A DNA stretch of 35,255 bases. Origin: Thermoplasmata archaeon. Its GTDB lineage: Archaea; Thermoplasmatota; SW-10-69-26; JACQPN01; JAJPHT01. The stretch spans positions 1 through 35,255 of the forward strand of contig JAXDQU010000108.1 in assembly GCA_034667685.1 (NCBI GenBank), read 5' to 3'. The position numbers and the translations under genes were made by a program. Below the pieces are notes generated by a model. It had not been told where the DNA came from, made no database searches, and saw nothing but the letters and a program-made list of their open reading frames with translations. This document shows, piece by piece, positions 1 to 8,935 of this stretch. Within the stretch, counting starts at the first letter, position 1. Each line of letters opens with the position of its first letter.

Positions 1-68
1 GTCCTGAGTCCCGAGCCCTTCGGGCGGGGCTCTGGGCTCAGGACTCAAGGCTCAGGACTCTGGGCCCT
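1..68. repeat. Heptamer-unit palindromic intergenic repeat (truncated by window edge)
   Basis: Reverse units (TGAGTCC, CGAGCCC), an 8-nt spacer, then six forward units GGGCTCT GGGCTCA GGACTCA AGGCTCA GGACTCT GGGCCCT (27-68). Same unit family as 33027-33096. Confidence 0.8.
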
Positions 69-142
69 GTCCGTTTCGGCCCCCTCCCCCATGGCCGACC
101 CCCGGACAAAGACGAAGCCTCGGACGACGCTCGTGGGCCGAG

Positions 143-403
143 ATGCCCACCGTCTCGCTGCGCGGCTTTCCGCCGCCCCTCCGCCTGGAGATCGAGCCGC
201 TTGCCCGCCTGCACGCCGACGGGTGGCTGGAGCTGCTCGGGCCCGGCTTCCCGCCCACGGGCGCCTGCATGCTCGTGCTCTGGCGTCCCGACGAGCGGCC
301 TGCGTTCGTCCTGCACCGCGCGCGGGTCCGCGGCGGGCGGGCGGAGCCTGGCGCCGAGGGTTGGGTCGTCGCGTGGGGGGTCGACACCGGAGCCTCGGCC
401 TAG
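143..403 (+). CDS. Small hypothetical protein (86 aa)
   Basis: ATG start and a protein-like composition (hydrophobic beta-strand pattern), unlike the Arg/Pro-rich shadow ORFs overlapping it. No recognised motif. Confidence 0.55.
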   Translation: MPTVSLRGFPPPLRLEIEPLARLHADGWLELLGPGFPPTGACMLVLWRPDERPAFVLHRARVRGGRAEPGAEGWVVAWGVDTGASA

Positions 404-414
404 CCCCTGACTAC

Positions 415-491
415 GCTTCGCTCTCCGCGATCACGCCAAGACGCCAACACGCCGCGTGTTGGCGTCTTGGCGTGATCGCGGAGAGCGAAGC
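415..491. repeat. Perfect 38-bp inverted repeat with 1-nt spacer
   Basis: GCTTCGCTCTCCGCGATCACGCCAAGACGCCAACACGC (415-452), C, then its exact reverse complement (454-491). Confidence 0.95.
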
Positions 492-564
492 CCAAAGCGT
501 CGCAAGCGGACCCAAACCCCGCGACACGCTAGGTTGAAGACGCGCGGACGGTCTCGCCGCGGCC

Positions 565-1431
565 ATGCGCGACCCGGCCGAATCGCGGACTCCGCAGCCA
601 GTTCGCGAGAGGCCGAACCGCAGTTCGGCCGAACTGCACGCGCGCCTCGCCGAGGCGTTCCGCGCCCGGGGCCGCGTCGTCGTCGCGTTCAGCGGCGGCG
701 TCGACAGCGCGGTGCTCGCCAAGATCAACGCGCAGCAGGGCGGCCTTGCCCTCATCGTGGACTCGGAGAGCTACGCCCGCGAGGAAAGGGAGAATGCCCT
801 GGCGTTCGCCCAGGCGCTCGCGATCCCCCACGAGGTCGTCTGGCACAGCGAGCTGGCCGACGCGGATTACGCCGCGAACCCGACGAACCGCTGCTACTTC
901 TGCCGCAAGGGGCTCGCCGAGGTCACGCTGGAGATCGCGCAGGCGCGCGGCTTCGACGCGGTCGCTGTAGGCACGAACCAGGACGACCTCTCCGACTGGC
1001 GCCCCGGCACGCAGGCCATCCGCGAGAAGGGGCTCTGGCAGCCTTTCGTGGACCTCGGCATGACGAAGGACGAGGTGCGAGCAGTCGCCAAGCACCTCGC
1101 GCTCCCGGTGTGGGACAAGCCGAGCATGGCGTGCCTCTCCAGCCGCATCCCGTATGGCGAGCCCGTGACGCTGGGCAAGCTCACGCGCATCGGGCAGGCC
1201 GAATCGCTGCTGCGCGCCCGCGGCTTCCGCCAGGTGCGCGTGCGGACGCTCGCCGAGGGAGAGCTTGCGCGCATCGAGGTCGAGCCCCACGAGATCGCGC
1301 GCCTCCGGGCCGCCCTCGATGAGATCGCCCCGGCGTTCCGCCTGCTGGGCTACGCGCGCGTCGAGGTCGACGAGCGCGGCTACCGCACCGGCGCGCTCAA
1401 CGAGATGATCGTGCGCACCACGGCACACTGA
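565..1431 (+). CDS. larE: LarE-family ATP-dependent sulfur transferase (PP-loop)
   Basis: PP-loop SGGVDS, NPTNRCYFCRK, GTNxDD..D.RPG, WDKPSMACLSSRIPYG and C-terminal GYRTGALN. Exact start uncertain. Confidence 0.9.
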   Translation: MRDPAESRTPQPVRERPNRSSAELHARLAEAFRARGRVVVAFSGGVDSAVLAKINAQQGGLALIVDSESYAREERENALAFAQALAIPHEVVWHSELADADYAANPTNRCYFCRKGLAEVTLEIAQARGFDAVAVGTNQDDLSDWRPGTQAIREKGLWQPFVDLGMTKDEVRAVAKHLALPVWDKPSMACLSSRIPYGEPVTLGKLTRIGQAESLLRARGFRQVRVRTLAEGELARIEVEPHEIARLRAALDEIAPAFRLLGYARVEVDERGYRTGALNEMIVRTTAH

Positions 1432-1510
1432 GCGTGCCTTCGCGCGCTGCTCCAACCCCGAGATAAGGGCCGACGGCGCACCTCAAGAGCCCCGTCCGGG
1501 TGGTTCGGAC

Positions 1511-2311
1511 ATGAAGGCGCTCGTCGTCGAGGGAGGTGGCATGCGCGGCGCGTACGCGGCCGGCGCGATCATGGGGCTCCAGCAGGCCGGCGAGCGTTTC
1601 GACGCCGTCTACGCCTCCAGCAGCGGCGCATGCTCCGCCGCCTACTTCGCCGCGCAGCAGGCCGAGGGGCTCCGCATCTGGCAGGAGCATCTCGACGGGA
1701 CGAAGCTCATCGCGCTGCGCAACCTCGCGCGCGGCCGCCCGCTGCTCGACCTGGGCTACCTCGTGGACGAGGTGTTCGGCCGGCGCGTGCCGCTGGACCT
1801 CGACGCGATGCGCCGCGCGCCGCACCCCACGTGGGTCACGGTCACGCACGCGCGCACCGGCGAGGCGGAGCACCGCGACCTGCGCCGCGAGAAGGCGCCC
1901 CTGGAGACGCTGCGCGCGAGCGCCGCCCTTCCGCTGGCCTACGGCCGCAGCGTGCGCCTGGGCCGCGAGCGCTACGTCGACGGCGGCCTGGCCGACCCGA
2001 TCCCGCTGCGCCGCGCGCTGGCCGACGGCGCGGACGAGGCGACCGTCGTGCTCACGCGCCCGCGTGGATACCGGCGCACGCCCGCGGGACGCGCGCTCGT
2101 GGCGCTCTCCTCGCCCCACCGCGGCGCGCGGCTCGCGATGGCGCGCATGCACGAGCGTTACAACGACGCCCTCGACCTGCTGGACCGGCCTGGCGTCCGC
2201 GTGATCGCGCCGCCGCCCACGCTGCGGCTCTCGCGGCTGATGCGCGGCGCGGAGGACTTGCGGCGCGCGGTGGCGCAGGGGATGGCGGACGCGGCGCGCG
2301 CGTCAAGGTAA
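1511..2311 (+). CDS. Patatin-like phospholipase (YjjU-like)
   Basis: Oxyanion motif EGGGMRG, nucleophile elbow ASSSG, LRASAALP and YVDGGLADPIP. Confidence 0.88.
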   Translation: MKALVVEGGGMRGAYAAGAIMGLQQAGERFDAVYASSSGACSAAYFAAQQAEGLRIWQEHLDGTKLIALRNLARGRPLLDLGYLVDEVFGRRVPLDLDAMRRAPHPTWVTVTHARTGEAEHRDLRREKAPLETLRASAALPLAYGRSVRLGRERYVDGGLADPIPLRRALADGADEATVVLTRPRGYRRTPAGRALVALSSPHRGARLAMARMHERYNDALDLLDRPGVRVIAPPPTLRLSRLMRGAEDLRRAVAQGMADAARASR

Positions 2312-2350
2312 ACACGAAACGGTCAAGAGCCGCGCTCCGGCTGGGTGGCC

Positions 2351-2764
2351 ATGCACCGTCGCCTCGCCCTGACGCTGGTCGTGGTCGGGACGCTCCTGAC
2401 CGCGCTGGGTCTCGTCGCGCTCGCCACGATCTTCCGCGTCCCCGGCGGCAACAACTACGGGATGGCCAGCCTCCTGGTGCTGGGCCTCGCGATCCTCCTT
2501 CCGGGGATCGCCTCGCTGCGCGGTCCGCCCCACGTTGCCCCGTCGCCTGCGCGCCCCACGCTTCCCGTCCCGCAGGTGGACGTGGCGCGCCTGCCCGAGC
2601 CCATCGCGGCCTGCCCCCGCTGCGGGTCACCCGAGATGGGTGGCCCCGGCCGCGATCCGCTCGCCCACGGCGGACAGGGTCGCTGCGCCCATTGCGCCTA
2701 CCGCGGCCCCGCGATCCTCTTCGATGCGCGCGCCGACTACGCGGCCTGGCTGAGCGACGCTTGA
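2351..2764 (+). CDS. Two-TM membrane protein with C-terminal zinc ribbon
   Basis: Two hydrophobic helices, a Pro-rich linker, then CPRCGS...CAHCAY. Confidence 0.7.
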   Translation: MHRRLALTLVVVGTLLTALGLVALATIFRVPGGNNYGMASLLVLGLAILLPGIASLRGPPHVAPSPARPTLPVPQVDVARLPEPIAACPRCGSPEMGGPGRDPLAHGGQGRCAHCAYRGPAILFDARADYAAWLSDA

Positions 2765-2810
2765 GCGCCCCCGCGCAACCATTTTCATCCCCTCGCGGCG
2801 TGCCCCGGCC

Positions 2811-3302
2811 GTGCGAGGCCCCCTAGGCTCCTTCCTGCTTGTCCTGCTCCTGGCGTTCGCCGGATGCGCCGCGCCCGCGACCACCAGCCCGACTCCCGCG
2901 CCGACCGAGCCCGCCCCCCTCGCGAAGGGCGTCTCCTCGATGGAGGTCTCCGACACCGGCGTCTGCCCGGGCGTGGCGCCGGACGACTGCACCAGCTACT
3001 CGCCCGGCTGGGGGCCGCTCACCCTGACCAACGCGACGTCGGGCACGCTCGTGGCGACCTGGAACGCGTCGGCCGACGGGTGGACCTCGCTCCACGTCCG
3101 CGTCACCGACGAGGGCACGACGATCTCGGGCCCCTACCGCGTGAACGCCAACACGGTGGCCGAAGGGACCGGGCCCAGCCCGCTGCGCATCGAGCTGCGC
3201 GACGTGCCGGCGGCGAAGTACCACGTGTCGCTCCAGCCGACGGGCCGCGTCATGGGTCCCTCGACCCAGTACGTCAACTGGGTCCTGCTGCCCGCGCGCT
3301 GA
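2811..3302 (+). CDS. Putative lipoprotein
   Basis: Hydrophobic signal ending in lipobox AFAGC, a Pro/Thr linker and a beta-rich body. The 3' end overlaps the convergent FAH gene. Confidence 0.75.
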   Translation: MRGPLGSFLLVLLLAFAGCAAPATTSPTPAPTEPAPLAKGVSSMEVSDTGVCPGVAPDDCTSYSPGWGPLTLTNATSGTLVATWNASADGWTSLHVRVTDEGTTISGPYRVNANTVAEGTGPSPLRIELRDVPAAKYHVSLQPTGRVMGPSTQYVNWVLLPAR

Positions 3303-4125
3303 GCGTCCCGAGCCCCTCGATCCGCGCGCTCATCGCGGAGCCTGGCCTCAGCGGCAGGGCGCCCGGCGTCCCGGTCAGCAGGAGGTCGCCCGGCTCCCAG
3401 GGGAAGACGTGGCTGAAGAAGCGCACCAGCTCGTAGGGATCGTGGCGCATCTGCGCGACCGCGCCCTCGCGCGCCTGGCCGTCGACGTCGGTGACGATGC
3501 GCGTCGCGGGCGTGGGCTCCCACTCGTCCGCCGTCACGACGAAGGGCCCCACGACGCAGAATCCCTCGTAGGACTTGGCGCGCGTGAGGTTGCGCGTGTT
3601 CTTCAGCAGCAGCTCCTCCGCAGTCAGGTCGAGCACGGGCACGAAGCCCAGCACCGCGTCGCGCGCCGCCTCGCGGCTGGGCAGGTCGCGCGCGTGCTTG
3701 CCCAGGACGACGCCGATCTCCGCCTCCGCCGTGACGCGACCGATGCCGGGCGGAAGGCGCACCGTCGCGCCGTGGTACGTCAGGCTCGTGGCGGGACGCA
3801 TCCACGCGCCCGGGTCCTCCGGCGCGGCGGCGCCCAGGTCCTTCGCGTGCTCGGCGAAGTTGAGCCCGATGCCCCAGATCTTCGGCGGGTGGGCGAGCGG
3901 CGGCGCGAAGCGGAGGTTCCCGGTTTTCCAGCCGCTGCGCGGGACGCGCGGCCCCTCCAGCGCCTTCGCGAGCGCGTCGCGCTGGCCGCGGCGGAGCAGC
4001 GCGTCGAGGTCGGGGCCGAAGTCCGTGCCCAGCGCGTCGTTGAGGTCGTCGAGCGAGACCACCCGGTCGGCGATGGCGATGCCGGTGGCGATCGCATCGT
4101 ACTCGCGAAACGCGCACAGCCGCAT
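3274..4125 (-). CDS. Fumarylacetoacetate hydrolase family protein
   Basis: PPKIWGIGLNFAEH, EAEIGVVLGK, DLTAE, RAKSYEGF and PGDLLLTGTP. Confidence 0.92.
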   Translation of the reverse strand: MRLCAFREYDAIATGIAIADRVVSLDDLNDALGTDFGPDLDALLRRGQRDALAKALEGPRVPRSGWKTGNLRFAPPLAHPPKIWGIGLNFAEHAKDLGAAAPEDPGAWMRPATSLTYHGATVRLPPGIGRVTAEAEIGVVLGKHARDLPSREAARDAVLGFVPVLDLTAEELLLKNTRNLTRAKSYEGFCVVGPFVVTADEWEPTPATRIVTDVDGQAREGAVAQMRHDPYELVRFFSHVFPWEPGDLLLTGTPGALPLRPGSAMSARIEGLGTLSARAAGPS

Positions 4126-4134
4126 GATATCACC

Positions 4135-4926
4135 TCAGAGCGGCGTCCGGACGATGCCGCCGTCGACCGCCAGCGCGACCCCCGTCACGTAGCGCGCCCG
4201 GTCGCTCGCCAGCCACGCCACCGCGTCGCCGATCTCGTCGGGCTGGCCGAGGCGGCCCAGCGGGATGGGCTTCGCGCGCTCCGCGAGCGCGGCCTCGGGC
4301 GTGGCGCCGGACTCCGCGGCGCGGGCGCGTGCCAGCTGCAGCGAGCGGTCGGTCGCGATGGTGCCCGGCAGCACGAGGTTGAAGCGGATGCCCTCGCGCG
4401 CGTAGTCCAGCGCGAGCGTCTTGAACAGGCCCGCCACCGACATGCGGATGGAATTTGATAGCAGCAGGTTGTCGATGGGCTGCTTGACGGAGGTCGAGCC
4501 GATCCCGACGACGGAGCCGCCGTGCTCGGCGCGGAAGTGGGGCAGCGCGGCGCGGATCGCGCGCACGGCGCTCATGAGCGTCAGGTCGAACGCGGCCTGC
4601 CACTGCGCGTCGGAGAGGTCCTCGAAGCGCCCGGGCGGAGGCCCGCCCGCGTTCACCACGAGGATGTCGAGCCCGCGCAGGTCCGCGGCCGCGGCGTTGA
4701 CGAAGCGCTCCACGTCGTGCGCGCGCGAGACGTCCGCGACGATGGGCACGACGCGGCGGGCCGTCCCCTCGCCGATCTCCTTCGCCGCGGCGTGGAGCTT
4801 CTCCTCGTTGCGGCCGCAGATGGCGACGTCGCACCCTTCGCGCGCGAGGGCGCGGGCGGCCGCCTTGCCGAGGCCGTCGCTCGCCGCCATGACCGCCGCC
4901 GACTTGCCCGCGAGGCCGAGGTCCAT
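4135..4926 (-). CDS. Short-chain dehydrogenase/reductase
   Basis: MDLGLAGK..AASDGLG, DILVVNAGGPPPG, LSNSIR catalytic variant, IPLGRLGQPDE and YVTG..LAVDGG. Confidence 0.92.
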   Translation of the reverse strand: MDLGLAGKSAAVMAASDGLGKAAARALAREGCDVAICGRNEEKLHAAAKEIGEGTARRVVPIVADVSRAHDVERFVNAAAADLRGLDILVVNAGGPPPGRFEDLSDAQWQAAFDLTLMSAVRAIRAALPHFRAEHGGSVVGIGSTSVKQPIDNLLLSNSIRMSVAGLFKTLALDYAREGIRFNLVLPGTIATDRSLQLARARAAESGATPEAALAERAKPIPLGRLGQPDEIGDAVAWLASDRARYVTGVALAVDGGIVRTPL

Positions 4927-4973
4927 GGGACGGCGAGTCCGCCCTCAGGGGAAAAGTGTAGCGGCCGATCCAA

Positions 4974-5038
4974 CACGAAGGCGCGAAGCCACGAAGAGCA
5001 CGAAGGAATCAGGCTTCGTGCCTTGGTGCTCTTCGTGC
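4974..5038. repeat. CACGAAG-unit (8-9 nt) palindromic intergenic repeat
   Basis: CACGAAGG CGCGAAGC CACGAAGAG CACGAAGG followed by inverted CTTCGTGC CTTGGTGCT CTTCGTGC. Confidence 0.75.
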
Positions 5039-5055
5039 TGCGTCGACCGAGAGGA

Positions 5056-6072
5056 TCAAGCCGCGCGCTTGCGCAGCCGCCCGAGCGCGACCGTCATGAG
5101 GTCCTCGACGCCCGCGCCCGTCTCGGAGGAGAAGGCGATCTCGCCGACCCCCGCGGTCTGGAGGTCGCTCTTGGACTCCGCGACGACGAAGGGCGTCTCG
5201 GGGAACATCGCCTTGGTGTCGGCGAGGAGCTTGAGCTGCGCTTCGAGCGAGTAGCCGCAGTGGCCGCTCGGGTCCACGAGGAAGACGATGACGTCCGCGA
5301 GGTGGCGCAGCGCCGCGATGGCCTGCATCTCGATGGCGTTGCGGTCGTCCATGTCGCGGTCGAGCAGGCCGGGCGTGTCCACGATCTGATGCTTGACGAG
5401 CTTGCGCTCGAAGTGGCCCAGCACGATGCCCTTCGTCGTGAACGGGTAGTTGGCGACCTCGGGCGTGCCGGTGCTGACCTTGCGCACGAGGCTCGACTTG
5501 CCCACGTTGGGGTAGCCCGCGACGACGATCGTGGGCATCGAGGTCTCCAGCATGGGCAGGCGGCGCAGGCTCTCGCGCGCGTCGGCCAGGATGGCGAGGT
5601 TCTTGTCGACCTGCTTGACGAGGCTCGCGATGCGCCCGTAGGCGTGCGCCTTGGCGGTGCGGACCTCCTCGGCGTAGCGCGCCTTCTTGATCTTCGGGAC
5701 GGCCTCGTCGCCGACCTCGTTGACGCGCTTGGCGGCCCAGTCGAGCGAGCCGAGCGCCTTGCGCACCTTGTCCATGTCCAGCAGGACGCCGGCCAATTCC
5801 TGGTAGAATGGGGGCAGGCCGTCGAAGCTGGGGAACTTCTTCACGAAGTTCGTCAGCGCCGCCGCGACGCTGTTCTGCACGCTGCGGACGCGCGCCAGCT
5901 CCGTCGTCTTCGTCCGGATGAAGGCGTCCGGGTTCGCGATGGTGATCTTGCTCGCGCGACGGAAGGCCGTGTCGAGGATCTCGTCGGCGTCGCGCACCGT
6001 CGGGATGCGGTCGAAGGACCGCGGCGAGACGCGCGCGAGATGGGCGCGGCTGGCAGGCGTTCCCTCGGGCAT
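5056..6072 (-). CDS. NOG1-family GTP-binding protein
   Basis: N-terminal helical NOG1 domain (IPTV..A.EILD.AFRRA, LPPFYQEL), G1 GYPNVGKSS, NYPFTTKGI, G3 DTPGLLDR, G4 SKSD. Start placed at ATG 6072. Confidence 0.93.
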   Translation of the reverse strand: MPEGTPASRAHLARVSPRSFDRIPTVRDADEILDTAFRRASKITIANPDAFIRTKTTELARVRSVQNSVAAALTNFVKKFPSFDGLPPFYQELAGVLLDMDKVRKALGSLDWAAKRVNEVGDEAVPKIKKARYAEEVRTAKAHAYGRIASLVKQVDKNLAILADARESLRRLPMLETSMPTIVVAGYPNVGKSSLVRKVSTGTPEVANYPFTTKGIVLGHFERKLVKHQIVDTPGLLDRDMDDRNAIEMQAIAALRHLADVIVFLVDPSGHCGYSLEAQLKLLADTKAMFPETPFVVAESKSDLQTAGVGEIAFSSETGAGVEDLMTVALGRLRKRAA

Positions 6073-6357
6073 GGGCGCCCCCACTCGATCCCTCTTCATG
6101 AACCTTTGCCGGCGGCCGGCTTTGCGCCAAACCCCCCCTGCACCCAAAGTCGAATGGGCTGCACCCAAACTCCGTTTCATCGGAGATCTCTGAGGGCCCG
6201 CTCGCGAGTGCTTCAGGCGAAGAATACGAGCTTAGGCGCCGGCCCGATTCGGTTCCGTTGCCAATTCGCGCCCAATCCCGTCCGCGAAAAAGCAACCGAG
6301 GCCCGGTCAACGTGACCGCTCGGAGAATCCACGTTGGCGGGGATAGGTTGCTCAGGT

Positions 6358-6696
6358 ATGAGCATGTCAGGCGCAAATCGCCGTCACCAAGACGATTTCG
6401 GCAGCCCCCCCGGCCCAACCACCACAGAGGACTCCGTCGTGCGACTCGCAGGCCGGCTCCTACTTCAGAGCGTTCGGAAGCACGACATGGAGGAAGCCTT
6501 CCGCGTGCCAGAAACGGGTTTGCACACCGCAGGCAAGAAGCGGGACGAATTCGGTTCCGTGATAGTCATGACCACAGAGGACGTGGGCCGAATCGAGCGC
6601 CTCACCGACTATCGCGAGGCGCATCTCACCGGTCAAACGAGGACGCGGGCTAGGGCAGACCCCGACGTTCTGTTTGCCAGCACAGCAAAAGGCTAA
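6358..6696 (+). CDS. Hypothetical protein
   Basis: Open frame co-oriented with the downstream island ORFs; internal 12-bp repeat ACCACAGAGGAC (TTED twice). Confidence 0.4.
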   Translation: MSMSGANRRHQDDFGSPPGPTTTEDSVVRLAGRLLLQSVRKHDMEEAFRVPETGLHTAGKKRDEFGSVIVMTTEDVGRIERLTDYREAHLTGQTRTRARADPDVLFASTAKG

Positions 6697-6722
6697 AGGA
6701 TCACATCAAAATACCGCATGCC

Positions 6723-7250
6723 ATGGACTTGCTGGAGGAGCAGGGCGTTCTGACCGCACCCTTGAGGATGCTGATCGCCTGCATCATATTCGCGGTCTTC
6801 CTAAGTCCGGCGACGCTTGTCCATTTCGTGCTTTGGCAAAGCGGCCTTGTCCACCTTCACTGGGCTTACACGCTCGTGGTGACGGCGCTAGTTGGAGCCA
6901 GCTTCTGGATCTATCCTCAATCATCACATAGGCCCGCCTCCGATAAGTCGAACAGCAGCGCTTTCGTCGTTGGTTACTTCGGACTCCTGATAGTCATCAC
7001 ATTCGTGGCAGTCTTAACAGGCGTCGTGCTGGCGTTCGCAGGGGCGACAACCGCGCTTCTCTTCGCTCTCGCCTACGCCGCAATCGAAATCGGGCTAGTT
7101 CGACGCTTCAGCCTCTCACCAGGTCTCTTCGTCGCCGCGCTCATCCTTGGTCCGCTTCTCCTCCACCGTCGGAAGGCCGCAAAGAAGGTCGCTGCCGGCA
7201 TTGAAACGGTCGCAGCTTGGCCCCGCACAAAGGCGACCACCGCGGCTTGA
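6723..7250 (+). CDS. Hypothetical multi-pass membrane protein
   Basis: About 5 hydrophobic segments followed by a basic tail. Confidence 0.7.
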   Translation: MDLLEEQGVLTAPLRMLIACIIFAVFLSPATLVHFVLWQSGLVHLHWAYTLVVTALVGASFWIYPQSSHRPASDKSNSSAFVVGYFGLLIVITFVAVLTGVVLAFAGATTALLFALAYAAIEIGLVRRFSLSPGLFVAALILGPLLLHRRKAAKKVAAGIETVAAWPRTKATTAA

Positions 7251-7266
7251 GACGCATGTGGCCGTC

Positions 7267-7641
7267 ATGCGTCGACTCCATGCACGCTTGCTGAAGTCGG
7301 CGCGCAGCGAAAATGTCCTGGTCCGGGCGCTCGGCACAGCGTTGCTCATGGTCTTCGACATTGTTTTTCACGTCATCGTCTGGGCTATCTTTGTCCTTGT
7401 CGTCTATGGCGCGTGCCGGATGTTCGTGGCTGATCCGTTCAAGTCCTTCTTCGGCATTGATGCCGACACACCCTTCCTGCTCGGCAAGATCATCGGCGTC
7501 CTAGCCCTTGCTCACGTTGCGCTTGGCGGTAATCGCCCCTTTAGTGTCCAAACGAGGTTATCTGAGGAACCTGCTTCACGACGAGTCCCCGTTGAAGAAA
7601 AGGACCCCCCACAGGAGCGGGTGAGAGCTCGAAGAAAGTGA
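7267..7641 (+). CDS. Hypothetical membrane protein
   Basis: 2-3 hydrophobic segments; ATG 17 nt after the preceding stop. Confidence 0.6.
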   Translation: MRRLHARLLKSARSENVLVRALGTALLMVFDIVFHVIVWAIFVLVVYGACRMFVADPFKSFFGIDADTPFLLGKIIGVLALAHVALGGNRPFSVQTRLSEEPASRRVPVEEKDPPQERVRARRK

Positions 7642-8089
7642 GCGCATCTGCGGGTGGCGGGACCGGCCTGCGTGCGGCGCTCAGTGGTTGCACGCGGTGC
7701 ACAAATGAGCGCGGCAACGCGGGCCCCGCCTCGCGGCGCGATGGCTGCATTCTCAAAGAACCTGCAAGGCAGACATGGTTGCGGAGGCTCGCGTGTCCGC
7801 GCAACTGCACAAGCAATCGCTCGGCCAGAACCCCAGACGATGGCGCGCCACCGTGATGGTACGGAGCGGTCGCCACGAAGAGCTAGCCGAGAAGGCTTCC
7901 GTCGACAACCACCCTAATCTGGGACAGTTGGACGAATTCGATGCGAAATAAGGGCTGTCCGACGACAAGGCCACTGAACCTACGCCTGTACTGAAAGACA
8001 CCCTGCCTATTCGCGACATTCAGGCGACCTTAAGGCGCAAGACCCCGCCGGTCGCAACGCTGATGTTCCGCCCCAAGCTCCCCCGCGCG

Positions 8090-8935
8090 ATGGCGGCTCC
8101 CAACACGTTCACCGTCCCACCTTCGCAGATCGGCGGGTGGGTCTCTCGACTGGCGGCGTGGCGCGGCACGAAGGGCATCGACGCCGTCCTGCGCGAGATG
8201 GAGGACGCCGCGCGCAAGGCCTCGCCCGAAGGCGCGACGGTCACGCGGCACCAGCTCTTCTCGTGGTCCGAGGCGCTCCAGGGGCAGGCCGCGAAGCTCC
8301 CGCTGGCGGGCGCGGACGCGGCGCGGCAGCTTGCCGCCGATCTGAAGCAGATGCTCGCGGGCTCGGTGCCCCCGTCCGCGCCGGCGCCGCCCTCCGCTCC
8401 GCCGGCCCCGCCCGCTCCGCCCGCCCCGGCCTGGGCCGCGCCCGCGGTCACCTACATGCCCCCGCCGCCGATCACGTACGTCAAGCCGCCCGCGCCCGGC
8501 GCGGAGGGCCTGCGCTTCCTCGACACGCGCGACGTGGGAGCGGCCGTGCAGCAGCTCGTGCGGAGCGCGACGACGGAGATCCTCGTGCTCTCGCCCTGGA
8601 AGGGCGGGCTCGACACGCTCGTCCCCGAGCTGCTCGCCACGCCGCCCGCGGTCGCGCTGCGCGTCATCTCCCGCGCGCCCAGCCCCGACGAGCCCGACTG
8701 GCACCGCGCGCTCCAGGACCTGCGGCGCCGCGGCGCGGAGATGGTCGTCTCGCCCTTCCTCCACACGCGCATGCTGATCGTGGACGGGAAGGCGTTGATC
8801 CTGGGTGCCGCGAGCGTGCCGGGGCCCTCGACGCCCTACACGCGCGAGACGGCGCTCCTGGTGAGCGACCCGGCGGTCGTCAACGCGGCGCGGCTGCATT
8901 TCGCCAACGTGCAGAAGGACGCTAGGCCGTCCTGA
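8090..8935 (+). CDS. Phospholipase D/nuclease-like domain protein with N-terminal helical domain and Pro/Ala linker
   Basis: LVRSATTEILVLSPW and LHTRMLIVDGKALILGAAS resemble HxKxxxxDx6GSxN, followed by a downstream E (RETALLV). Confidence 0.75.
   Translation: MAAPNTFTVPPSQIGGWVSRLAAWRGTKGIDAVLREMEDAARKASPEGATVTRHQLFSWSEALQGQAAKLPLAGADAARQLAADLKQMLAGSVPPSAPAPPSAPPAPPAPPAPAWAAPAVTYMPPPPITYVKPPAPGAEGLRFLDTRDVGAAVQQLVRSATTEILVLSPWKGGLDTLVPELLATPPAVALRVISRAPSPDEPDWHRALQDLRRRGAEMVVSPFLHTRMLIVDGKALILGAASVPGPSTPYTRETALLVSDPAVVNAARLHFANVQKDARPS

Larger units (their letters stand above)
6180..8030. other. Lower-GC island of orphan ORFs
   Basis: Visibly more A/T and more A/T-ending codons than the flanks, judged by eye. 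No integrase or terminal repeats found. Confidence 0.6.

Noticed and set aside
1511-2311. Patatin as an anti-phage (CBASS-type) effector
   Set aside because: No cyclase or defence genes nearby; it looks like a stand-alone YjjU-type lipase.
4522-6315. 597-aa + strand ORF and similar long antisense ORFs (12303-14159, 14319-16322, 22099-24237, 26988-28742)
   Set aside because: Antisense shadows of motif-bearing genes, with no recognisable motifs of their own.
7775-8062. Stop-codon read-through frame (..EFDAK*GLSDD..) running into the PLD-like gene
   Set aside because: No motif support and a composition unlike the downstream gene; cannot be distinguished from chance or a degraded ORF.
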